Shown here: positions 36,169 to 51,000 of the stretch, piece by piece | Layout: each line of letters begins with the position of its first letter | Position numbering within the stretch: position 1 is the stretch's first letter | Origin: Takakia lepidozioides | Lineage: Eukaryota > Plantae > Bryophyta | Reading direction: 5' to 3' | Length of the DNA stretch: 64,000 nucleotides | Assembly: GCA_030704615.1 (NCBI GenBank) | Contig: CM060733.1 | Coordinates: 16,988,001-17,052,000 of the forward strand | Notes under the pieces: generated by a model | Database searches by the model: none | Told to the model about the DNA's origin: nothing | The model's input: the letters and a program-made list of their open reading frames with translations, nothing else | Made by a program: the position numbers and the translations under genes

Positions 36169-37496
36169 TCACTTTCTCACAGACTTCCTAGACTTGGAGG
36201 AGCTCTTCTTGGAACCACCTGCTTTTGCCACACGCAGGCTTTTGTGGACTGCACTCAACCTAGCCAATGCTGCTGCCTTGAGATCCGGTCTGTACCCATT
36301 TGATGCCACCTGCATACTCACGGCCTTCCAATCATTTAAATACTCACACAAACACTACATGCAACCAGAACCCACTAACAATGCTGAGGGTGTGCATTGA
36401 ATATCTTAAGTCTTAACAACCCCAGCACATCCATCCCCAATTGCCAGCTCGTCTCAATTCAGTATGACTCTGATTAGATAGAATCATCCTGCTATATATC
36501 ACTTGATCGCTGCAAGTGTAGCTCAGTTCACCAGCTTCTGTGGTGCAATTGCAGCAACTCCATGCTATACAACTTCAACAGAAGTGCAGGGGACAGAGAC
36601 TGGCGACTCTTACAGTGTCAGGTGATTATCACTGCAATTCCAAAGCCTGGTGAGGAAGACAGAGAAAGAGCAGGGAAGACAAGGAATGGAGGAGCCAAGA
36701 AGGCACCTGGTTGACCACAGCCTTGGCCATTTTCTGGAAATCCTTCTTTAGGTGTGATCGGTGAACTGAAGCTGAGGGCTGGTTCACCTTCTTAGTTTTG
36801 GTGGTGGCAAGCACAACTGATAGACCCTCACCAGCTGAGGCAACAGCCACTGTCTTCTTGTTGGCAAGCCCTGTCACATAATATTCCAGTACCTCAGTCA
36901 ACTGAAATCAGCTCCTTACCAATCCGCGTTTAGGGTTTTCATTGCCCCAGCTCTTTTGATTTAGGAGACACAGTATGCAGGTTGCAAACCTACTAAACCC
37001 TAAATGACAAGTCTTTGAAATGCAGAGGACAAAACCGTCGACAATGGAAGGCCAACGTACAGCACCCACTTCGACTTCAGAAGAATGATAATCACAGACA
37101 AGCACTTCCAGTCACAATCCTGATAGACAGAGAGGTATAGACCATCTGTGAAAGACAGTAGTGTGAAACCCTAAGTCCGTGCCATAGAGCCAGATCCCCC
37201 CCCCCCCCCTTTCATCACTGCACGGGGCCTGCATCTCTCGCCCAGCACGCTGAAGTAGACTACGGAACCCAACAAGGTGATCCGTTCTAGGGAGAACAGC
37301 AAAACAGGAAACCCAGATGCCATTAGTTTCTAAGCGAATATCTTTGGCATGTACCTGAATATTTGAACGTGTTCAAGTTATACAAATTGTTCGGCTCAGA
37401 GCTGAATGTCACAGAGGCATTGCCATTTCCGTTCCTCTTCACCAAAAACTTGTTGTTGTTCTTTACCAACAACCAGATCAGGTCCGAAGACGCCAT
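36169..37496 (-). CDS. RPL28: 60S ribosomal protein L28 (eL28); exons 37496-37355, 36870-36707, 36309-36169
   Basis: [41 protein letters not shown] | LANKKTV..KAVVNQ | [21 protein letters not shown]. Splice phases are compatible. Confidence 0.97.
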
Positions 37497-38222
37497 CCTG
37501 CACTCCACGCCCCACCATACCATCCCCACATGTTAACCCCCACCTTACTGCGACCTACAGGCATTGAATCCACACTGCAGGCAGAGATGCAGGTACCATT
37601 TTGAAAGCTTCACGCCTAACGTTAGAGACTCACCTTCACTCGGTGGAGGGGATCCTGCTCCAACGAAGTGGACGGCTGCAGCGAAATGCAACGAGCACGA
37701 AAGAGAAGGAACAAGGAGGGAGGCGGCTGCCCTATATACAATGGATGAATGAATAGATAAGCGGATGACATAAAACGTCATCGGATGATATCACCCCAAA
37801 CACCTCTCTGTGAAGAGGAGGAAGACAATTCACTGCAGAGCTGAACACTGTTGCACCAAGGAATTTAGCATCTGAGAACAGACGGAGTGGAGTGTGTGTA
37901 TCCAGAGAGGGAAGAGAAGACCCGCAATGGGGTTCAGAACATTCAACAAAGTTCATGATTTATGGCTCTAGGGTTCCATATACAGTGGTGATACCACCCT
38001 AAACAGTGCCCAAACATGTTTTTTGTCAGTCTCCCCATGCTCAGGTGAAGTGTGCACTTTTGCAGGTTTAGCATGCAATGCGCTGCTTCATGAAGTATGC
38101 TGTCGCTGTTAACAAATATGAGAGGTGCCTCTTCATGTCACAAGTGTTACAGATAGCAAATGATTGTTTGCCACACTGGTCAAAGTCTGCCGCTAGTCTA
38201 GAGGAAAATACTTGGCCACTAT

Positions 38223-40125
38223 TCAGGACCGTGACAAGAAGGGTGCAACGTGCTCTCGCAGCATCTCACAGTCTGTTGCTGAGAGGCCTTGCCATCTTGA
38301 TTGAGCATCCTTGGAACTTCCTACATGGGCTGGCCAAAGCTTGCTTACAGGGTCCGGTCCTCCTGGTCCACAACAAGCTAAGTTAGCTACAGTGCACTTG
38401 GAAGAAGCAGGAAGATTGTCTTGAAACATAACCACCCAGCCAGAACAGGAGCAAAAGAGGCACACTCTATACCAAAACAAAATTTTACTCATTGCATAGG
38501 AAGCATAATGAGTATGGATACATGGGCATGAAATCTCTTCACATTGGGACGATGAATAACAAAAAATGGACATCAGTTTGTTAAAGTAAGTTTGAATCAT
38601 TAACCAGCTGATACCTCACAGTAGAGAATACCATGGGATGGAATTGGCAAGGCCTTTATTGCAGCACTAACTTGTTGGAAATCTGTCTCTGTAGCCAAGC
38701 CTAACATTTCTGCCAAACGCTTAAGGCACTCCAGTTCGCCCCGACCCCTATCGATTATATCTTCATAAGATAAGACAGCATGTGCTACATTCTGCCATTT
38801 GGTGTGGTCGACCATATAATCCTCCAAAAATGACTTGAGAAACCTGGAAGGGACAATTCAGTATGTTCATTGAGGAGAATGCCACTAAAGCTATTGGAAG
38901 GAGAAAATGTCAGTCGAAGCAAACCAAGCTTTACAGATGCTCTGATGTTCTTCTACTTATATGCAACACCTTTGATAAATCTAAAGGGATAAGATTAAGG
39001 CTCCTGCTCTTGCTGATTGCAGGGCATGCTCAGGAACAGCCAATTGATGCTCCCACTACATGAAGTTCAATGTAGTGGCTTCCAATGTTTATGAAAAATG
39101 TTTCCAAGTTGATGGCATCCTCTCATTAAGATATTCTTCAACTCAGACACCCTTGAGATCGACCTAAAAACTCTTGAACTTCTTCTCGGATCTGTCCAGT
39201 CTTAACTCAACCTTCAGAGCTTCCTGATCCAATTACAGTTTCAGCATCATGGACAATCAGTGTGAAGAGTAATAGCAACGTAATCAGTGTCGTATTCGTT
39301 TACATCAGAGGCCTCAAACACAGTGAATAGATGAGCATGAGAGGCTTTGACAAGCACTCACGACATGTTATAGGGGAGCCATCCAACCCGCAGGTGAGAG
39401 TTGACAACCCCGCACACATCTCGATCGGTCAACACTATGACATCGGCTACGGCAGGGTCCCATTGGGAAGACCAAGCATGGGTCTTGATCAATACGTGGG
39501 CTACATCTTCCTCCCGCCCAAGACCACGCTTCTGCAGCTTTTGAGCAGTGATGGTGTGCAGCCAGTAACTGTGCACTCGCTCACCACTCCCTTCCAGCAG
39601 CAGCCGCAGCGCATTGAATAGCCATGTTGAACCTTGAGGTCACAGATTCAACACGCCACATCAATGCCAATTTCTCTGCACTCAGCCTGCCCACTCAAAT
39701 TCGCTGGTAACATCTTAACAAGTATTGCTGCCCTTGGGTCCGGTGGACAAATCTTGAGTTACAAATAACAGGGATGGTCAAGCGAGGACTTGAGAGACAG
39801 AGAGAGAGAGAGAGATTGGCACAATACCTGACCGCTCGGGACCCGCGCACACAATGAGCTTTCCACGTCCAGGAGGCACCCGGCAATGTCTCTCGGCTTG
39901 TTCATGCGAAACATGCAACTTCTCACACTCGCCGTCCGAGCACTGCAAATTCCTTCGGCAAAGCAAACTGCTTGCCCAACTGGCAACTAGAATTGCCTCT
40001 TTCTCTTCTCCAGAATTTTTTCCCCTGGAGTTCTCAACGGTGCTTGGCCGACACTCCTCGTTTGAAATCTCATCAGCAGCCCCCATTCTTGTTTGGTTTT
40101 TGTTTCGAAATGAATCGTCTTCCAT
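38223..40125 (-). CDS. Sulfotransferase-family (P-loop) protein, multi-exon
   Basis: LIVCAGPERSG|STWLFNALRLL (PAPS-binding loop), VLIKTH, RDVCGVVNS, LSYEDII, terminal exon DPVSKLWPAHV...SRS*. Start codon is uncertain. Confidence 0.75.
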
Positions 40126-41161
40126 TATGCGGGCACGAGGGTGTGCGAGACAAACTGAGCCAGAAAAGCAGCAGCAAAATGCAGAAGTTGGTTTGTGCAA
40201 CAAAATTGAACCCCACCTCAGAGGAGCTTGAAAACGGCCATGCCGAGCCACAAGCATGCTTCAGACTATCGCTCCTTCATCAACACATTTCAGCCTGTTT
40301 TCCCTGTTATCAGAGTCGTCCCTAAATTTCCTTGTTGAATTCTGCAACTTAGCTGGTTGAGTGAATCTAGTTTGGAGTGACTTTGACATGATACTGGCAA
40401 TGTGACAAAGGAAAGTGTCCAAAAACAGGTAACAGAGATGAGGAGAAGCCTGCTACTGCTGACAGCCTACGACAGATTGCCTCTTCTTCTCTCAGTTCCT
40501 TACTACTTAGTATTTAGTTTCTTAGGACATGTTTCTCAGCTTGCCGAGTTACTCAGTGAACCGGTTGTCCCGATTAAGCTTCTCCCATGGGGGCTGGTTT
40601 TGGGTGCTACCCAATCTATTATGATGTACTGGCTCATGGGCCTCTATTATGGTTATTTTTCCCATAACACCTTGGCTAGTACAGGAGGGCTACTATCCCC
40701 TTTCTGGGAAAAAGAAAATGCAATCCAGTGTACTCCTAAATGAACAATCACCTAAGACGGCATGTGTGTCAGGTATGGAGAAAGAAGATGAGCAATATCA
40801 GTCAGTCATGGATTGACCTCACTTAAAGAAACACGGATTGTGTAGTGCAGGTTGATGTGCAAGAATGGATTAATTATATAAACTTTCTGAGATAAAAACA
40901 ATCAGAAGAGAGTCCCCACCAATAATTTGGAGAGACAATCAACTTTTAATGGCAAAGTACTCGATAAAAAAGGAGAGTCCCCTTCCTGACAGTTCACCAA
41001 TGATTTGGGGAGAAAACTAACTTTCAATGGCAAACTATGAGATACACAGAAGCAAAGAAATTCAGAATCTGTTCACTACAAGTAATATCAGTACAATACT
41101 TCCTGCCAATATTATAGTCTCTCCGACCGATCAAGGAAGATAACCACAACCCATATGATTC

Positions 41162-43729
41162 TTACAACTCACCAGCACTTGCTTTGGATTTAGACTTGGG
41201 GGTAGTTGTAATTGGAGACTTCGTGGAGACCTTACCATACCACCAAGCATTCAACTGGGCAACTGCTCTATCACCTACATACAGCATACCCTGTAGAAAT
41301 TTGCGTGCCCCAACTTCTAAGTGTGAACTGAGATGCTTTGATATGGAAGGGTAACCAACAAAGAATCCTTGTGCACGTGTACCAATTTGGCTAAATGCAT
41401 CTTGAATTTTCTCCACCACACTTAACTTCAAGCCAGTTTGTGTACTTCTAGTCGATTTGGACCCTTCCCCCTGTGAAACAGCCTGCAGTCAGTGTGTGTG
41501 GTCAACTACATCTCTTATTAGAAGCACCAGTTTTTGTACTCTCAAAAACAGATTTGCCTTTCACAATGATATGAACTTGAAATAGAAAAAGATAAAAAGG
41601 TACACACCAGGGTGTCAGTGCCCAATTCTTCATCATCCTCTTCATCGGAGTCATCTTTGCCTCCAAGCAAATCAGGGTTGTTCACAAGGTCATCCCGTGA
41701 ATACATCTTCATTCCACCTGCTCCTGGCATATCCTGCGCTTTCACATAATTCCATTGCTCAATACAATACAGAGCGACCATCTCATTATCCTGCAGAAAA
41801 GATCAACTTACCTGCAACTGCGATGAGACATACACAGATTGATGGGACTTACACTCATTTGGCGCATCAACCGCTCCATTTCAGCGTCTTTCAATGACTT
41901 TGGAATGAATGGTTCTCCTGGCTCTCTATCCTGTGCATCCATGGACACAGGACTGTCACATCCCCAAAGAATCTTGTATCCCAGATATTTCCCAAATCAC
42001 AGCAGTCTGGCTTGGAAATATGTAGAACTGCCAGTTTCATCAAGATGGCAATAACCAGTCACCTTTGATACACAGTTTACATCTTGTACAGCAACTTCAC
42101 TGCTTCTGCATGTGTGTTTACAAGATAATATGCAGCATGCAGACAAACATGTCGAAGTCTTACTGAGCCGTTGTGGGCACAGAAAAGGGCTTCCAGGGCC
42201 AATTGCAGAAACTTTACTAACAAGCAGGACAAAATCTCCGCCCACTATAGGATGCATGCCACAAGATAAAAGAGAGCATAAGAACCATGTGTGCAGAAGC
42301 TGCGGCACCTCACATGTTAGCGCTATTACCTTGGGCACAGGTGCCAATTTGCCCAGACAAGATCTACTAAGATCCTTGCATAATAGTTTTGATAGGTTGG
42401 CTCGCTGTGCCCCACTCTTGAATAAAAATTCTGCAACATCTGTGTCATAATCACCCATGACCTGACCCATAACCCAATTCTCAGTGCCAGAAGAGACCAA
42501 TTGTTGATATGTACATGCTACTCACCAAACAGCACAATGCTATGACAGTCATATCTGTCAACAACTGCATCAGCAATCACTTAGGTCTCCTAACCATACA
42601 AGAGGACACAGCCATTCATTGCATAGAAAAAAAAATCATCAGTACAATCCAACTGTAAGCTGAATGACTTGCATTTAGAAGCTCAAAGCTTTCCGAAATA
42701 GTGCATGAATCACAAGGGAAACATAAACCAGGCCAGAGCAAGAGGCGTGGCAGCAGTACAGTGAAGCCTCTGGTATGCTTAGTGGTGATCACTTTGCATG
42801 CTATGTTGGTGTCTAAACTCAAGGCCACTGTCAAGAGTGGGAAGCAGTGAGGTGTCCAGTACAACTTGATCACAAACATAGCCAAGGGCAGTATACCTCC
42901 TGGCAAGCACGCTCTATGGTCCTGCACTCTGTGTTGCATTCTCCCTCTTGTTGCTGCTCTACCAGCTTCAACAACAAATACAAGCAATGGTGAATGTCAC
43001 GATAGGGTTGGTAGAATATGCCAACCAGAGGAAAGAAACAAACAATTCTTCCTAACAGAGGTGCAACGAAGTTGCTGAATTCGTTATACCTGATACAAGC
43101 TGGAAGTACATCATCATGCTGCACCTTAAAACCCTGACTCAAATGCTGATTGAAATATTCTCCAGTGCACACCAATGAGACTGTACCTATATGAGGTTGC
43201 TTCAGTATGAAAGGCAAGAAGAGACAACCTTAAGTCTGTCACGCTCCTCAACAATGTCGAGCCATAAAATCCAGTCGCCTTCTTCCCTCTTCATGTTGCA
43301 AATGTTCTCAGCCAATTCAATAATTTGAAACTCTGTGAGCTGCGGACATCATGTAACAGGATGTTTGTGATTTACCGCCAACCTATTAAATCGAAATGTA
43401 GTATCACACCTAAGGCCTACCCTTAGCCAACAGAATCAACCATGAGAGCTCTATGCATCAGACAAAGTAGGCGTAGCTCCTGCATGCCAATACACACTCA
43501 CAAATACCCCAGGCAAAATAGGGGGAACCTTCTTTGGAGCGATTTTGTCCCTCATTTTCTTCACATGACGTGACAGTTGCTTCACTATTTCTTCACACAC
43601 ACCACATTTGATGAATTTGATGTCTTCCCTCCTGGCAACGCTTTTAGTTTCTTTCTTGCAATCCACGCAGAAACACACACACATCATCACCATCACAAGA
43701 AGGAAGGACGACAATCCGCGATACGCCAT
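41162..43729 (-). CDS. Saposin-like Canopy/DUF3456 ER protein (Arabidopsis SES1-like), multi-exon
   Basis: Signal peptide; ARREDIKFIKCGVCEEI; AENICNMKREEGDWI..DIVE; EGECNTECRTIERACQE; VMGDYDTDVAEFL; DMPGAGGMKMYSRDDL; C-terminal ER-retention-like AGEL*. Confidence 0.88.
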
Positions 43730-44679
43730 GGCAACACTCCTTGAACAGATCTCGGCAAGAAACCTCCTCTTCTGTAATCCCTAACCCCATGTAGCAGCAT
43801 GTAGAGATGGTGTTGTTGTCAATGAGATACACACTAATATACCTCTATGAAGGTAATTATGACCGAGCATTCATCCATCTATTGCAGGTTGGAGGAGAAG
43901 GGCTTGGCGATGTGAGTTCAGAGGAGCACGAAGACCTTATGGTCCTCAGCAAGGTATGTGTTTGGATCTGGTCGTATGCTTTCTTACCTTGCTTCGTGCT
44001 CTTTTCTTTCTTTACCCAATCGTTTGTCATCTGCTTCGTGCTTGCACTTGGCTGCATCAGTTTCCTCTGGTGCGTTTTCTCGGACGGTAAGTATGTGTTG
44101 TACTGTTATGGGACTTCTGGAACGCTGGTTTTCTTGACTTCCTTGTCCTGGCTTGAGGCTTCTGGGGTTAGCGGTTTTCGTTCCGACTGCATGTGTGTTA
44201 TTTTGCTGGGGGCTTGTGATCCGTGGTGTTTGCATGAGAGTATAGTCCAGTAGTGCAGACGGATCGCAATATGATATTCATATGATTTGGATTTCAATTA
44301 GGAAATTCCATAGGGGTTGTGAAGTTCATAGGGACTAAAGAAAAGTTGAATTCAGGAGTAGGCAAGAATTCTCCTTATGAGGGCTTATGTTGCATGATAA
44401 GTATGGTTGAGTTTCTACAATGTTTGGGCTGCATGTGATTGCCTTCAAATGGTTGGTTGATCAGGGGAGATACACTCACATTGATAACCTTGTTCACGCA
44501 TACACCAACTTCAGGGCAGTGTTGTGCTCATCCCAACAGATCAGCTACCAAACAACAAAGGGTTCAATGTGAGAAATGTCAAATTGCAAAATGCATGCCT
44601 GTTTGCTTACTCTACTTGTGGTGCATTTTCTCCAAGCAATGCTTGACGCCAGAGGCACATCTCCATCTCACATCCTGAG

Positions 44680-45400
44680 TGCAGAATTCGCATGCGTGCC
44701 ACTGCAAACTGAGGCCCTCTTCCGGCTTACAATTTTTTTGCATAGGTTACATGCCCTTCCCCCAAGGGGCTTGTGGCCAGAGCCCTCGCAACATCTATCA
44801 GGCTCAAAAATGCAGGTTTCAAGCAATCCTGGTATGCTCGAGTGGATACCATTTTTGAACGCCATGGACTCTCTGTGGCTTCACTACTACCAGTGATTCC
44901 AGAGGGGGTGGACATCACATCCAAGCACGATTGCAACAGACTCAAAAGAAGGGAGCTTATGGAACTACATGTCGGGAGAACTTGGAAGCTACCCAACCTC
45001 ACGACAAAGCTCCATTTCTATCGAGAAACATTCTTGGTTCTCCGAGATGATAGAATCTGCGGCCCAATTACCTTTCGGCATCTGTATCTCCTTCTCTCCT
45101 GAGGGCATTGGGGCAGTTCAGGGTGGGCTCCCATAACCTACGGATAGAGACTGGCAGATGGGAAAACCTACAGCGGGAGGACCACCTATGTCCAGCTTGC
45201 ACACAGGGCGCAACCAGGAAAGTGAAACCGACGAACATTTCTTCTTCTATTGCCCTCTATATACTGAGATCCGTGGGAGATTCCACTGTCCATTCCGTGG
45301 AACCCAATCTCTCAATGAAGTCTTTCCCTATGAAGATCAGAAATGCTTGGCAGCTTACCTGCACGAGTCACTCACCCTTAGACAAATCACTCGAACAATA
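44680..45400 (+). mobile_element. 3' fragment of a non-LTR retrotransposon (LINE) ORF2
   Basis: LGQFRVGSHNLRIETGRW...RE.HLCPAC...ETDEHFFFYCPLY.EIR is the C-terminal CCHC region typical of RTE-X/L2-like LINEs; frameshifted. Confidence 0.8.
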
Positions 45401-45519
45401 GTTTTTATCTCTGGCTCTGGGTTTTTGATTCCTCTCTCATGTTTTCTTCCATCTCGTCCCATAAGCTCTATGACCATTCCACGGGCGTTATAAAGCACCA
45501 TTTCATTTCATTTCTCTCT

Positions 45520-46762
45520 TTTCCTTTGTCTCATAAGCTCTTTGGTCATTCCATAAACTTCGTTCCTTTTTTCCAATTCGTTTCTTTTTGGCCTATTTTC
45601 TTGGTCCCTCCTGGCAGCGTGACCAACCTCCAAATTGTTGTGCCCAATTGACGGCAACATAGTTACAGATCAGATTGTAGCTTACAATCAAAATATCAGC
45701 ATGACTCTTCCTGAACGTAAATGTGACAAGTGGCTACTACTATTCAAGCGCAGGAGATCATAGAGGCCACGGGCCCCAGAGGGAGAAAAGGAAAGGGAAT
45801 TAACTTTGTAGCAGCCAATGGAAGCCAAAGAACTTATGGGACAAGAACGCAACAAACCAAGGCCCCAGATGCTAACCTTCATAGCAGATAACATTGACCT
45901 TCTCAGCCTCCAGACTTGGAATGCATTCCTCTGCCTGGAAAGGGCCTTGTCCAGTACAGACACAGAGCTTGGATGCTCAAACACTGCAGCCATTTGTGTA
46001 TTCTCCTGGCTAAATGCAGGTCTCTTCACGGAGAATCCTTCTGGGCTCAGCACTTTGGAGAGCTCTCTCTCGTCAGCGTCGAATGCAGCAACCTGTACAG
46101 CCAGAAAGATTTTCCGACCAGCTCAGGACAATGTAGGTGAAATGTATTCAGTTCTACTTGAAGGGAAGAGAGGTCAATTCCCCTCACTACTGTAGGATAC
46201 TTCCGTCAGTTTGGGCAGTTTTTTGGTGGCTGCTCAGAGCTATCCAGAGAATTTCTTCTCCGCACAGTCTCATCTTGAAACTGCACCATTCAGCCGATAA
46301 AGAATCCATTTCAATAACTCATAGACTTCTCTATGCACCAAAAATAAATAAAAAGCGATTTCTGTGCATTGGGCGATGGGGCGATGCTGTCATGTTTTTA
46401 GTAGAAATGAAAGAGTACACAGATACCTTGCACAGTAAGGCAGAAAGAAACTTCACAAAATCCGCATGAAAAGTACAGAGAGCCTGCTTGCCCAGCTGGC
46501 AACTAGAATTGTCTCTTTCTCTTCTCTAGATTTTTTTTCCCGACACTCCTCGTTTGAAATCTCATCAGCAGCCCCCATTCTTGTTTGGTTTTTCTTTCGA
46601 AATGAATCGTCTTCCATTATGCGGGCACGAGGGAGTGCGAGACAAACTGAGCGAGAAAAGGAGCAGCAACATGCAAAAGTTGGTTTGTGCAACAAAATTG
46701 AACCCCACCTCAGAGGAGCTTGAAAATGGCCATGCCGAGCCACAAGCATGCTTCAGACTATC
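45520..46762 (-). pseudogene. Chimeric duplication of fragments from neighbouring genes
   Basis: About 45520-46208 matches 49296-49978 (TRM exon plus introns), 46252-46482 matches 53935-54162, and 46484-46762 matches 39968-40271 (sulfotransferase 5' end). Confidence 0.88.
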
Positions 46763-48090
46763 GTACCGAGCTGTCGTTCCGTTCGTCTTCTCCACTGCAT
46801 ACCTTCCTCCCTGCGCTGGCATAATACCATGAATTGAGGGGAACCCATCATCACCGAAGCTCTGAGCCTTGTCAGTGTTTCTCACGACAGGACAATGATA
46901 AGAAAACTTCTCTGCAATTTCGACAGTGTTCTACAATAGCTTCAACATATCATTCTAGCCATGCGCTAGGAGGTCTATCGATCCTCAAATCAGATAGTCC
47001 TAGGCTATATTTTCACTTTGCTTCCACCCAGCTACAAATAAGAACCTTGCTTCGCGACTCAGTTGGTGTATTGAGGGTTCTAAAAGAGAACCGTCCAAAC
47101 AAAAAACAAAATCCTAGATGAAGATGGACCGTTGTGGAGTCCGGTCGGTGGGGATTGCACCAATTCTATAAGTATGCTGAGGGATTACCACCGAGCAAGC
47201 CACATGGGAATGTTTTCTTGGTTTTTCAATGCATCTAAAGGATCTCATGTCGAAATTGTAAAACGTGAAAGCACTCAGTCAGATTTGCGAGTCTAAAGCA
47301 TCCTTTGTAAAGTTTCAGTGTCTGATGTTCAGCTTGACATAATGGCTAAAGCAAAGAAGATGCGTCCTTGCCAGTTCTGGAAAACGGAGTTTTTGGTTCG
47401 AGTCAACTGAAGAGCGAACAACCAAGCATGCCCTTGGCGTTCATTTGCAGATTCTAAGCGCAGGGACCTGACATTGGAGGGGTGTAGTGTGTTGCTACAA
47501 TGGATCCTGTGCTGACCTGTGGGAGATGATGATCTTGGGCCTTGCACTCTTCTTTGGAAGCATTGAGGCTTATGAGTGCACTCCGTGTCGTTTGGTGCAG
47601 ATCTTTTCTTCTTCTATCAATTGCATCCATGGTGTTCACAGTCCTGCCCCACAGGGATGAGTTTGGAGTGCTTGCAGAAGTACACAACACTGTGAGGTAA
47701 GAGACCTCCCCAATCTTCTTTCTCCCAGCTAGATGTGAAACAATCATAGTAAGAAGTCCCATCATACACATGTAATGTTCATCACTCAGTAAAGTAGGAT
47801 GTTTCAATCCTAGGTTAAAGAAACTTTATCCTAGCAGTTCCCTGACATGTAGAGATTTCAATTATACCTCTGAAGACTAGAGTGTGAATTACCACATGAA
47901 TGGAAGTACAAATAAGGATGGAACTGGGAAGGGAAGTGAGAAAACTGGAAAAGGTAGACCAGAAATCAATCTGCTGTCTATTTCAATTTAAAATGCTACA
48001 TTTGTTGGTATTGTACATGCCATTTGAGTAGATCCTTCTTGTTTGGTCAAGTAGACCTCTTCTTCTCACTTCTGTGTCCTCAACCGTCGG

Positions 48091-51000
48091 TCATAATGAA
48101 GGCTTCTCTGTGCTCATAGATATTAGATCCCGTGCAGCTACTTCCAACATGTCCTCAAATATCATCTTCTCCAAAGCGCAACTAACCTCCCCAATCTCAA
48201 CTCCAAAATCCAGCCATTTTGTGCCCTTCTGTGCTAAGTCATTCTTGAGGATGGCTTGTAAAGCATCGTAGTCATCTGTCAGCGGGCAGTACATCTCTTG
48301 CAATTCATCCCAAATCTCCTGGAGTAGCTGCTGGCCTACAGGCCTCTTGCAGAGGGTCGGCATGCTCCATGGCTGTGGATTCAAATACCTGTACAGCTTT
48401 CTTTCCAGAACATCACTTATACTATCGAACAGTGCTCGTCGGTTGACGGCCTCCCTTAGTCTCTTCTCCGGGCTCTTCATCAGTTGTCCATTCTGAGCTC
48501 TGATGCACTCCTGCCGCTGCAATCGGTCATCCAATCGAGCAAAGCAGGTGGGATCAATGGCATATCCTGATGCAGGCCACTTACTATCGCAAGAGCTGGT
48601 CTCCTCCATACACCCCGACATGATCAGAATCTCTTGTACATAGGCCCTCTCCTCCTCTTTGTTCTGGAAGGAGCTGCCTAAAGCAGTCATGCCTTTGTCT
48701 ATGGCTATATCACTGCCAAATGCAGCTTGTCCTTCCAGTGTTGATTTTTCAATGTGCAACTCTTGGTCATTGAGCTCAAGAGCATGTGTGACTTTGCTCG
48801 ATAAGTCCGTCAGAGGATCAGTATTTTCTTTGATAATTTCTGGAGCAGTTGTAGTGGGGGTATGTGGTGCGTGTCCATCAACAAATACAGCAGGATTGCA
48901 AGTCGTCTTAGTATCGTTTGCATGGAACATGCCTGCACAAAAAAAGAAGATCAGGTCATGTTGTCTCAAATTTCCTTTGCGACAGCATGAGGCACATTTG
49001 AGTCAAGTCTCATGTACGCACAACTTACAAGACCCTTCTGGGCTGAGCAAGGCACAGACATCCAAAAGGGCACATCCAGAGTCTGAAATGTGCATCTCTC
49101 AGTCACCAGGGGCCAGCTTTGTGGAGGCTCCAGGACAGTTTCCACATAGTGGCCATGAGATAACCCTTAAAGGGTAGATTCCCCAGAAGGGGCAGATCCT
49201 CCTGGAGCCACTGGTGACTCTTTCTCTCTCTTTTCCTCTTTTTCTCTTTTTCTCTCTCTTTTTCTATGGCAAACAATGTCTTATGAGTACATTCTTTTCC
49301 TTTGTCTCAAGCTCTTTGGCATTCCATAAACTTCGTTCCTTTTTTCCAATTCATTTCTTTTTTGCCTATTTTCTTGGTCCCACCAGCGTGAACAACCTCC
49401 AAATTGTTGTGCCCAATTGATGGCAACATAGTTACAGATCAGATTGTAGCTTACGATCAAAATATCAGCATGACTCTTCCTGAACGTAAATGTGACAAGT
49501 GGCTACTACTATTCAAGCTCAGGAGATCATAGAGGCCACGGGCCCCAGAGGGAGAAAAGAAAAGGGAATTAACTTTGTAGCAGCCAATGGAAGCCAAAGA
49601 ACTTATGGGACAAGAACGCAACAAACCAAGGCCCCAGATGCTAACCTTCATAGCAGATAACATTGACCTTCTCAGCCTCCAGACTTGGAATGCATTCCTC
49701 TGCCTGGAAAGGGCCTTTGTCCAGTACAGACACAGGGCTTGGATGCTCAAACACTGCAGCCATTTGTGTATTTTCCTGGCTATATGCAGGTTTCATCACA
49801 GAGAGTCCTTCTGGGCTCAGCACTTTGGAGAGCTCTCTCTCGTCAGCTTCGTTTGCAGCCACCTGTACAGTCAGAAAGATTTTCCGATCAGCTCAGGACA
49901 ATAGTAGGTGAAATGTATTCAGTTCTACTTGAAGGGAAGAGAGGTCAATTCCCCTCACTACTGTAGGATACTTCCGTCTGGCCAATCATAAGCAAAATTT
50001 GACATCTGGACCCACAAGCATGTCTCCCCTTCTGCATTGACTTACCTCTGCCTCTTGGTGCCTGGTTGAGGGAATTGAAATGATACTATGCTGTCCTGAA
50101 GTAGTGCTAGACAAAGCATCCTCAGGGCCGCTGTTGTTGCTGCAGCTCTCTGAGACTTGGATATAAGATTCTGGCAGCACCACAATATGTGGCTCTTGAA
50201 TTTGTTCAACCACCTGCGAAGCTTTCTCTTCAAAGACCATGTCAACTATTGGTCTGGGACTGTCTGGCCATGTAACAGGTGCAGAGGCAAAGGTAACCAT
50301 AGGAACAATATCTGGTACTATCTCCAGAATCAAGTCTTTACTTCTAGCCTTGTCCAACTGGTGTCGGTAGTCTTCTGGAACTCCATATAGTGACGTAACC
50401 TCACTATTCTCAGAGCTGATTTTCCCCGTCGCAGGCAACTCTTTGGATCTGTCCACTGAGTTTTTGGCCCTGCCTGTTGTTCGCTTAGTCCGCAGAATAG
50501 AAACCTCTGCAGGAATCCTGCCACCATGAGCGCTATTCAAAGAAGGGTCCAGCAAGACAGGGTTCTCACTGAATTCCATGACAAGGTGGTGATCAGATCT
50601 GGTACGGCTTGGAACCCTGGATGTTTCATGGTTGTTGCTTGCCCTTCCCTCCAGTATGCCACCACTGGGTTGGGACTGTAATGATCCCAACGTGGCTTTT
50701 GTCTCTTCCCTGACCTTTAATGTGGACTTTTCAGGCTTCTCTCGAGCCCTTCCACCCTCAGTCATTTGGCTAGACGTACTACCAAATGTGGTTGTACCCA
50801 AGGACCCAGACTTCGTTCCCCTAGCCATGGATGCCCGATCTCTTAGCATTGGGGGAGAGATGGATCGTGCAGCCCTGGGGTTTGATTCCCAAGGGCGAAA
50901 TTCTCCAACCTCAGAAGCCACTTTCACTGTTTGTGCTGCAATGCGTTCCCTTCGTGAGAGTCTCATGGCCGTGCCCAGCTGTATGCTGTGTTGATCAAGT

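Noticed and set aside
36900-37225. Intronic C/D snoRNA in RPL28 intron 1
   Set aside because: GTGATGA and CTGA occur on the minus strand, but I found no terminal stem or recognisable rRNA guide. Needs snoscan/Infernal.
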